Assembly (NCBI GenBank): GCA_036172245.1
Contig: JAYWIR010000006.1
Span: 5,518,001 to 5,582,000 of the forward strand
Direction of reading: 5' to 3'
Source: Raillietiella orientalis
Taxonomy: Eukaryota
DNA length: 64,000 bases
Positions 55,068-64,000 of the stretch are shown one piece after another; the stretch's first letter is position 1; the number at the start of each line of letters is the position of its first letter. A model generated the notes under the pieces. It saw only the letters and a program-made list of their open reading frames with translations. It had not been told where the DNA came from and made no database searches. The position numbers and the translations under genes are program-made.

Positions 55068-56911
55068 TTACCTCCACAGCATATAATGACCAATTTAATC
55101 TGCAACATACATGAACATTGTAAAGTTGAGGTTCAGTGAAGAAGATTCACAAATATCTTTTCATGTTACTTTTAATGCATACTATGATACATGCACAAGA
55201 ATCTTTTCAGTATTTCTAAATACAAATGCCATTATGAAACATTCACTTCACTTGATACTTGATATGCACTTTGAGGAATTTAAAATGATTGTATCTCTGC
55301 GAAGTTTACCATATAATTCTCAGCTACGTTGGCTTTAGAGCAGGATCTTATTCCATAAGTGAAAATGACATCATCCAAAGGTTTTAAGACCAATATGGAA
55401 ATGCGCATGTCCATTCTCGCAATTTTATTTTTAATACAAAATCGTGTCTACACTTTTTTAAAATACAACAGCTTGCGTTTCTTTTTGTTAAAAAATTTAA
55501 TTGGAGATCAGCTCTGCATATTGAAATCCGGAGATGAAAGAAAAGTCAGAAAAATGGAAATTAGACAAAGACCACATGAAAACAAAAAACACATCAAGAT
55601 ATGACAAAACAAAGCTCATCATTATAATAATATTCAAAATTTTATCCCTTAACTGCAATGTATACCTTTTGACTTCTAAATGTCTACATTATACTAAGCA
55701 ATTAATTGATGATCACTGTGAGTGAAAGTGGTCATTTGCCTTTGTTCGTAAAAATATAGAAACCTGCAGACATTATTGTTACTAGTTACACCTCTGTGTT
55801 CATGCTACATGATTCACCTAGGTAAAGTGACTTGTTTCATGAAGGGGAGTTCATTTTGTTCATGTTCAAGCTAAAACATCTGAAATTCTAAATATCTCAG
55901 GTTGCAAAATATTATCAGGTAAGTTTTCAAAATAAAGGACAACTCCATGAATAACAACGAAATGCAACGAAATCCGTCACACACGTTGGTTCCTGAATTC
56001 CCCTTTAAACTCCTGAACCGAATTCTCAAATTTTTAAACTGCAGCTTTTCAAACTTAGGTGTAGTCCTGATAAACTAGGAATTGTTTCACTACATGGTGT
56101 TTGCACATTAGCGCAGCTTCCTAAAGTTCACAAAACTATCTAAAATAAAACGAAACACTAATTTGACAAACCAAGTAAAGATCAACCGAACAAGATGACT
56201 CAAAGTTTTACGGAATGCAGTTACATTTCACTAAAAAGCAAATTACTCAAGCAGGCAATACTCACGTTTTCAAATTTTGCAAAATCCCGAAGGGTTCAGC
56301 TGTGAGTGAAAGACTTTTAATCAAAGTTCACACATGAAAATTCTCTTCAAATAATTACAGTTTCGCTTGAGTCAAACCTGCAAAAAGCCAGAAACTCAAT
56401 CACACAAAAACAAAGCATCACTTTGAAAGAGTGGGAGAGGTGGGGAGGGGCAAAAAATGGGGTCCCACGATTCAGTTGTTAAACGTAACACTACGGAAAT
56501 CACGGGGGCGGGGGGAGGGGACATCCACTTGGGATCCCATCAGCTACTGATTACTCGAACGGGTGAATGATCGGCCGCCCTCGGGGTCGCCATTCAGAAA
56601 AAAAAAACGACCGAGAAAACGAAAAATGGTCATGCCCGCAACCACCTCAGCTTTCGCACCCGACACGGCACAGCACAGTTTGTGGAAATGGGACAGGGCA
56701 GGTGAACACGGTACACTGGGCACGTTCGACGCTCAACCACCGGGCACCTTGGTGGTGGTGGTGGTGGTGGTGGTGGTGGGGAGGAGGGCGGGGGGAGGGG
56801 GGGGGACGGTGGCTGGGGAAGACCCCTCCTCCTCCCCCCCGCCAGCAGTCCGCGCGCGCTCTTTTCACCACGCGCGCACACGGAAGGGCTGCCCCGCGAA
56901 CAGGCGGACCG

Positions 56912-56968
56912 CATTATAGCGCTCGTCACGACCAGCTCAATGTCGAAGGCTTTGGAATGTTCTAGAGG
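56912..56968 (-). promoter_or_regulatory. Candidate heat-shock element and TATA-like box upstream of Hsp110
   Basis: cGAAggcttTgGAAtgTTCtaGAGg (56944-56968) is in 5-bp register. TATAAT lies on the minus strand at 56913-56918, about 1.9 kb 5' of the ATG. Confidence 0.4.
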
Positions 56969-58099
56969 ACGTGGGGAAAACTCACCGGTGTGTTGGGTAC
57001 GGCTCTATGGGAAGCAGAGGGACGCTCCTTCCGGCACGAAATCGCGTATTTCGCTTTTTTTGCGAGGTGGGGCGACCGAAAAACGAGCAGATACCACCAG
57101 CCTTCGATTCCGGAGTGGCAATTCCGTTTCCCAGCAGCGGTTTCCACGGCATTCGAGGCACGTCCCGCGCGATCCCGGAGGAGGAGGGGGACGGGAAACG
57201 GCGCTGGCGACGGGCACTTTCCGTGGGAGAGGGAGGGGGAAAGGGGGGCATCTCGCACCCCCCAAACGGGCCGGAATCCGCAGTAAACGTTATTTTTTCT
57301 TCCTCTTTTCTTTTCTTTCTTTCTTTTCCTTTTTTTTTTAAAAAAAAAAAAAAAAAAAAACTTTTCGCGGGGCTACGCTGCTGCAGACCTCGGTCATCAT
57401 GGGACCGTTGGTTCCCTTTACGGTGCCCACCTCAGCCATTGCATCGTTCTTGGGGTCCCTGGGGAAACTCGCAATGAAAAATAAATCACAAGCGGTCACA
57501 ATCACCCTACGCACGCACGCTTGGCTCTGTGAGGAACGTTTTTTTTTTTTTAAACAAAATCGCAAGCAATCCTGGAAGACAATAAAGCAGACGAGTCAAG
57601 CTAGAAGGATCCCTTTAATCCTGTGAGTAAGTGTCTTTTATTTCATGCTGCAGTGTTAGGTGAAAGGCTTCAGTAATAATCATTTTTTAATGCCACATCA
57701 TGTGGATTGCGTTGTTTGACACACACTAATTGTCTGGGGCGAGCCATTTCCCGCTCTTACGAGTCTCCTTCAGATGCTCTTCCGCGTCTGTTTTCTACAT
57801 TTACTGAACCTAAGCAGGCGGGGATACGCACCTGACGGCTCCTTTTTTTCTTCTTCCTGAAACAAATGGAATCGAACTCCAGGTTTCAGAGTAAATTTTT
57901 CCTTTCATTCCTCCCTTGCCAACTACTTGGGAAGACGGCACGCGTTCCTCTAAAAAAAGGTGTGTCCCAGTGAGGAAAAGCGCAGAAGACACCGAGAAAC
58001 CAAAGTCCGGTAAAGTTAATGAATGTAAAAGTTTTGCGGTCGTCCCATAGGAATACAGATAATTTGAGAAACGGGATTAAAAGATTCAGCTGAATTCGT

Positions 58100-58300
58100 G
58101 GGCTGGAACAGTGTTCACACACAAAAATCCTTCGGCATGCCAACAGGACAGAGGCACAGTGTTTTTAAAGAATGCAAAGCTGATTGCGGCTGGGAAGAGT
58201 CCTGCGACTCCTCGGATCCATTTTGTGGACCTGGGAGAGCATAGGATCCGAGCCCAAGCAAACATTTCACGAAAGTCGGAAACGCTTTTGCGCTGCGACC
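58100..58300 (+). mobile_element. Possible decayed integrase fragment
   Basis: VFTHKNPSACQQDRGTVF...RAQANISRKSE resembles FxxxGxPxxxxSDRGxxF...HPQANGxxE. Confidence 0.35.
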
Positions 58301-60401
58301 ACGGCGTTTGCTGTTGCGGTCTTCCAACAGCCGAGGTCCGGAGAGGGCGTAGGCAAGGATGGGGGGCAAACCGTGAGAAATCAAATCCACTTTGCATCCG
58401 TGCGTTTTCCTTTCGGTGATCGATGCCCTATTGCGACGGTGCCCTCCTTTTAAATTTCATCCTAATGAGCAATGGGTGAAGGATAAGAAACAAATTGACC
58501 TTTCATCTGAGCGCCTTCATGCCATTCGTCGATTCCTCAGTTCCTCGGTTTTGTCGTTGCTTTCAGGTCCTCTTCAGGCTCTTCGGTTCTCGGGTCATTT
58601 CGTTTCTTTTCTCTCCTGTTTGTGTCTACATGCAGGTAACTCCTTGAAATGTAGGTCTATAATGAAATTATGAGTTCACGAGACCTACTCTAATCAGATC
58701 ACGGTGCCTGCTATGATTAAATGCACCGGTTCGTGAAGAGAACTTAAGATTTCATTGCATTTATTGCTTTTCGTTTCAGTGAGTTTAGCGGCCTTGCCAG
58801 TTGAAAGTTGAAAACCAGAATTTCGGCAGAATTCAGACCATCCAACACTTCTAAAATATCTAATACCTATCGAAAACCGTGGAGCCATAAAATAACATCA
58901 ATATTTTCAATTTATATGAACAATTTATATGAACAAGTCTTAGAAATGTTCTCAGGAATTTTGTTCCCAAAATTTTATCAGTGAATAGATCCTCTTTTTA
59001 AATAGTACGATAGGTTTTTCTAGAACTTTAGGGAGAGAAGTTATTTCTTATTTTTTTCCTAACCTAGGGAAGCAAAAAAAACCCCAAAATATTCATATAG
59101 AAAGAAAAAAAAATGCCAGTTCTCTTTAGCTAGCCTTTTAAGTATGTAATCAAAAGTCTTAGATCTGTGACAAGAAATAAAGCGTGATCAAGTGCATTTC
59201 AGAGCTTTCTGAGAAAGTGGGATGCATGTAAAGACAGTGTGCACATCCGTTTACAACTGCACTTTTTTGAGGTTGTGCAAGTAGGCGTCGGTGCTTCTGA
59301 GATCGTGCTGTTAATCTGTTAGTATTCGTAGCGTTCTGATCTACAATCAGGTCTCTAGTATCCGTTAATTTTCTTAATAATGGATTTCGGAATGGATTTC
59401 TTATTATCATAAACCGGCATCAATTTCCGTTAAAGAGAAGTGAGATGTTTTCCAAAAGTGCATGTTTTTTCATGACATTAGCATTCCTTAACATTTGCTA
59501 TATTCATAGTGAGAAATGCATAGAACACATTCTTGATTTCCTGTGGTTTGTTCATTTTTTTTTCCTTTCTTTGATTTAGCGGTGTGAATCCCGCTTTGCT
59601 GAGAAAGAAGAAACGACCGATAAAAAAAGTCTAGACATAGAAGTTCATGCTCATTTTATTCTCAGTGCTTCATTGGTTCTATCACACTAAAATCAGCTTA
59701 AAACTTCAGACAGATGTTTAGCATTATAATTTGACATTAGGGGAAAAAAGATCATGATGCATGCTCCAATGCAGTGGAGATCACGATTAAGTACACGATA
59801 TTACTTAATTTCAGTATGGATTTTATGTACAATTAGAGTAGCATCCTTGTTTTTTTTTTTTTTTTTTGGAAAACTCACGAAAAGCATTTCCGCTTCAAAA
59901 AACATCTGTGCAAGTGTGCACAAGTTCTGCCTCATTACGACAGAATGTAATGTTTTCATCAAAGTTTTCATGGAAAAATTGTATCAAAGCAAGAGCCGGA
60001 CTTTATTGATTTGTAGTTAATATGAAGTTCGTTTTACCGATATAATGAAAATTGCATTATACTTATGAAAGTTTTCGTGAATTCAGAAGTGCTTGTACTT
60101 GATCAATGTGGAATTGGCGTGTTTTCAGCAGCTGCAAGGGATACCTAGAATTATAAACTGCGTAGTACTGAACCCTAATTACTCTGCAGATACTGTAAAG
60201 TGAAGCGAGCAACTTTGAATGTGCAGTAACCTATTATGTAGCATGTTGTGATCAGGCGTAGTTGGCAACCCTCTTAGGTCATCCTTGGAGTGTGATTGGA
60301 CATCATGGAGTGTTCTGGGTGGTGCAACATGCAACCGGCAAAACCGTTGCAGCGAGAATAACTTCGTAAAGTTTGCATTGCATTATTTTCAATTTGCATC
60401 C

Positions 60402-63400
60402 ATGAAGTGCACAAAGTCCTCAAGCCCTGTTGATGTTTTTTTCGATTCTCTCGGATTATATCGTAAGCATTCAGCGAGTGATGGAGACAGTTTGTTTCGG
60501 GTTGTATCAGAACAGGTAATTAAAAGCTTGGGCAGATTACCAGCAGAGATGGGCAGGGCACTTCCAGCACAAGTTAATCACTTTCCTGGTTTGGCTCGAG
60601 TGTGTTTTGAGCTAGCGGGAAGGCAATGACGAGAGTTGGAGTTTCGTTGCATAAAATAATGATCTTCGTTTGCTAACGACTAGGACTACTGATGTGTCCC
60701 GTTGCGACTATTAAACAATTTTTTTAGTTTGGAACGTTTTCGTGAAGTCACCATTATCTGTAAAATGTATGCATACGATGCATCAAGTTTACTTTTATAT
60801 GATGGTGGTGTGTAGTTATCTCATTTGGTTCAATGTTTGTTGATTAAGACATCGCTTATGCTCGAAATTAATATTGTGTTTCTGACGTATTCATTCATAA
60901 GTCGATTGCCTTTCGTTGTGCGAGTCTTTCGATGCATTCGAATCCTGCATGCATTATTTCCTTGCATCTATTCAGGATGTTGTGTGTACTGCTAACTAGA
61001 AGTGTACGTGGAATGCATGTGCATGTACGCACTAAATGCCCTTATCCAAGAATGTGGATAATAGTCATGCATCTGGTGGTTCGCATAATTTAGAAATAGC
61101 TGTACAAGTTTTGATTATATCAGTTAAAGAAAGTGAACTTCCACCGCTGTGAATTCAAGTGAATTCAGAATTCAGCGGCATTTATTGGAGTTTGTGCCTG
61201 TATCAAAGCCTTGCTGAAAATTCTGTTGATTATTTGTGACGTTTCTGTGGAGCTGAGAGCATGGAAACGAACTGCTGTAATGACAGAATTTTTATATGCA
61301 AGAATTATGCAGATTCAGACTTTTTTTTGGGTCTTATGCAAATGTGCTTACCAAACTGTAAGCCAGGTTATTTTGTTATTGCATTTTAATGGGTTAAAAA
61401 TTATAGAGTGCATTTTAAAAAAAGGAATGAATAGTTAAAATACCATGTTCTATTCAATTTATTTGTTTTCTTTTTTCATCTAGTTGTATTTTTCTCAAAT
61501 TCATTTTCTAAATGTGAAGGACAACTGCATGAAATATACCAGTTTGCATAGAGAAAAGTTGTTCAAAAATCTCGAGAAGGTAATTTGATATATGACCATT
61601 TTTATTCATATGGTAATATAAATGCCATTTATCAAAAATGACCATTACTTATTTGAATGTTTCTTATGATGCTAGAATGCATATTTTGCTTTTAATTTTC
61701 GTTTTGTGTTGCACTGCATTATTTGGTTTTGCCTTATCTCTCTAATGTAAACAAATGACTTCTCATGTGCTAATAGTGAAACATTAAAAGCAGGAATGTG
61801 CTGCTTTTTCTTTTGGCTTAAAGTAATTAAGTTGGAAACTGGTAATTTACTTTTTATTAATGCTAACTGCTTTATTGGAAATGTGTAACATGATTGCAGA
61901 ACTTCTGAATGAATTATATGCATTAATAACTTTTCTTGTAAGCTTTTGAAGCCCTGCTTTTTTACTTGTTGGAAAATCTTGTTGGAAATGTGAAAAAATG
62001 AATTTGCTTCTGTTTTTATTTTGGTTGTGTTTCTTGTTTGGTGTAGTAAGCAACTGCCTTTCAAGTTACATAATTTCTTGCATGTACAAAAAGAATGTAG
62101 TTGTAGATAATTTGTAGAATGAATTTCAAAATAATTCAATGTTTGAACAAGGAAAAAGTGCTGATAGATCTATTAGCTGAACTTATTTGACTTGCCATCA
62201 TACTATTCATCATATGTATTTTAACTTCTCATGTGGTGTTGGCTTGCATTTTTGTGTTGATCATGCTAATTCACACATGGCTGTAAGCAGTAAAGGATCA
62301 ATAACATAGTATTGGTGGGTCCAGCATATTTTTAGTTTGAATTTTAGTTCTGTTTTTTTTTTACTGTGAATCAGCTGTCTTAATTCAGAGTATTCTTTTA
62401 CTTCACTTTTTTCTTAAGAGGGATTTGTCATTATTGTTTTTATTATTAGTGATCCATTTTTTCTTAAAAAAGCAGAAAGGTATTTTTCTTATTTCAAGCA
62501 TGGCTTTATGATACTGAGTACTATGTTTGTAGGTGTTTAAGGAAATATGAGAATCAATTCATTTTTTGTGGAAGTAAATCTTACAGAAATATTTGCTTTA
62601 AACAGTGTATGCAATAAATTGTAAGTAATGTATGTCTAATCAAGTGCAATTGCATTAGCTTTCTGAAGTGCTTAGGATTGTATTCTGTTATACGCAATTC
62701 ACAATTTTGTAAGGTTTGGCTAAATGAGTAGGTGAAATTTTAGATGTATTATTTATGAAGTAAAACATTAACCAAATTGTCACTTCAAAATTGTGTAAAG
62801 AGCATCTTTAAAATGTATATGTGTATTCATACGTGTCAAAATTGTATATCTGTGTTTCACATTCATTGTACACTTGCTAGATACCAGTGAATGCCAAAGA
62901 AGACCTAAAATTAATGATGCTGGCGTTAGCCAATATATATGGGTAGGCAGTCACTTGATACTGTATCTCATCTGAGGTGTTATTGTAACTCCAGAATTGA
63001 ATTCCATATTTATGACCATTTAGAGCAGAAACCCACAATTGTGCCATTTGAAAATGTGAAATTTCATGTTGTGGCATTTTTATCTGATCAAAGTCATTTT
63101 GATTCGATATTTGGCTGTGGATTTATTGCTGCTGCAGGAATATGCCAATGTAAGCTTTATGCTGATTGTAGTAATGTCATTCAAAATTTCCATTCAGCAA
63201 TACTCTATGAACTATTATATGCTCGTGTGTTTGGCTTTACAGATGCAATGAAAGAAAAAGACAAAATGTTGCATGGTAAACATTATTCCAAATCAAATGA
63301 TGCGATGAATTTATTTAATCGGTGAAGTGTATTTTTTTTTTTTTTTTTTTTTCCGCAATATCTTTCCTAATATAGTTTGTGCTAATACAGGACAGATTTA

Positions 63401-64000
63401 TTTCATGATCATAGTCAGAAGAGAACTCCACCCTTTCCTTACAAAGTAGCCAAAGCTTTGGATGCTGAGCTTTATCGTAATATCGATTTTGATGTTTGGG
63501 TAGAAAGCCTGAGAGGTAAGTTTCCTTAGCTGTTAACCTTCTTGTAATGTTTTTAGAACTTCATGACAGAGAACATGGTGCAAATGAAGATGGGTTTGGA
63601 GTAGGAAAAAAGTGCTTGGTATGCTTGGAACCTGGATTGATTTACCATGGACATATCCAGAAAATATCTAGCAGTAGAGACACTGTAGTCGTTTACATAG
63701 TGGAACTATGTGAAAAGTAAAACAACGTTTCACAGACAATTATGTTTCAATGTTCTCTTAGAAGGGAAGTTCCATACACTTGTTTACAGCATCCGTACAA
63801 AGTAGCTGTTTCATCTGTTTGTGATCTTGCTGATAACAGGGGTTCCCTCCCCAATTCTCAAGGTACATGGTAATTGAAATTGCAGATACTATCCGTTATT
63901 ATCTTGAGTTTAGAATTTACTAATTCGGAGTTGACTGCTCCTTTTAATGTTGATGTGTCTGCCAAGACTGTTTGCAGTAAGGAAGCTAATCCACATCAAA
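60402..64000 (+). CDS. OTU + Tudor domain protein of the OTUD4/ALG13/otu family, 3'-truncated by the window
   Basis: [72 protein letters not shown] and the Tudor-like [21 protein letters not shown]. Exons: 60402-60515, 61484-61579, 62881-62942, 62995-63149, 63198-63321, 63391-63515, 63557-63716, 63762 onward. Confidence 0.92.

Noticed and set aside
62533..62573. AG...GT-bounded candidate exon inside the OTU gene intron
   Set aside because: In the required phase 0 it hits TGA after five codons. At most a poison exon, and unsupported.

Overview
This is eukaryotic animal genomic DNA; the protein sequences look arthropod-like, which is an inference. Five compact, intron-containing genes were reconstructed by hand: GATAD2/p66 (-), CNOT7/8-CAF1 (+), FBXO33-like (+), HSPA4/Hsp110 (-) and an OTUD4/otu-like OTU+Tudor gene (+, runs off the window). 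About 27 of their introns are only 41-59 nt; many have weak donors and several lack a polypyrimidine tract. The genes sit in AT-rich, CpG-poor islands. The intergenic space appears to be largely decayed transposons: several R2-superfamily (RLE-type, Utopia/NeSL-like) non-LTR fragments, Ty3/gypsy and possibly BEL/Pao integrase fragments, and piggyBac fragments. Large parts of it (about 14.3-21.8 kb and 25.6-39.4 kb) are very GC- and CpG-rich and full of homopolymers and triplet repeats, yet still show colinear retroelement motifs. Perfect or near-perfect 14-19 bp hairpins are scattered through the fossils, and a 0.7-kb segment is packed with GNA/GNRA mini-hairpins. No rRNA, tRNA or CRISPR array was found. 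All homology calls rest on recognising motifs by eye; no searches were run.
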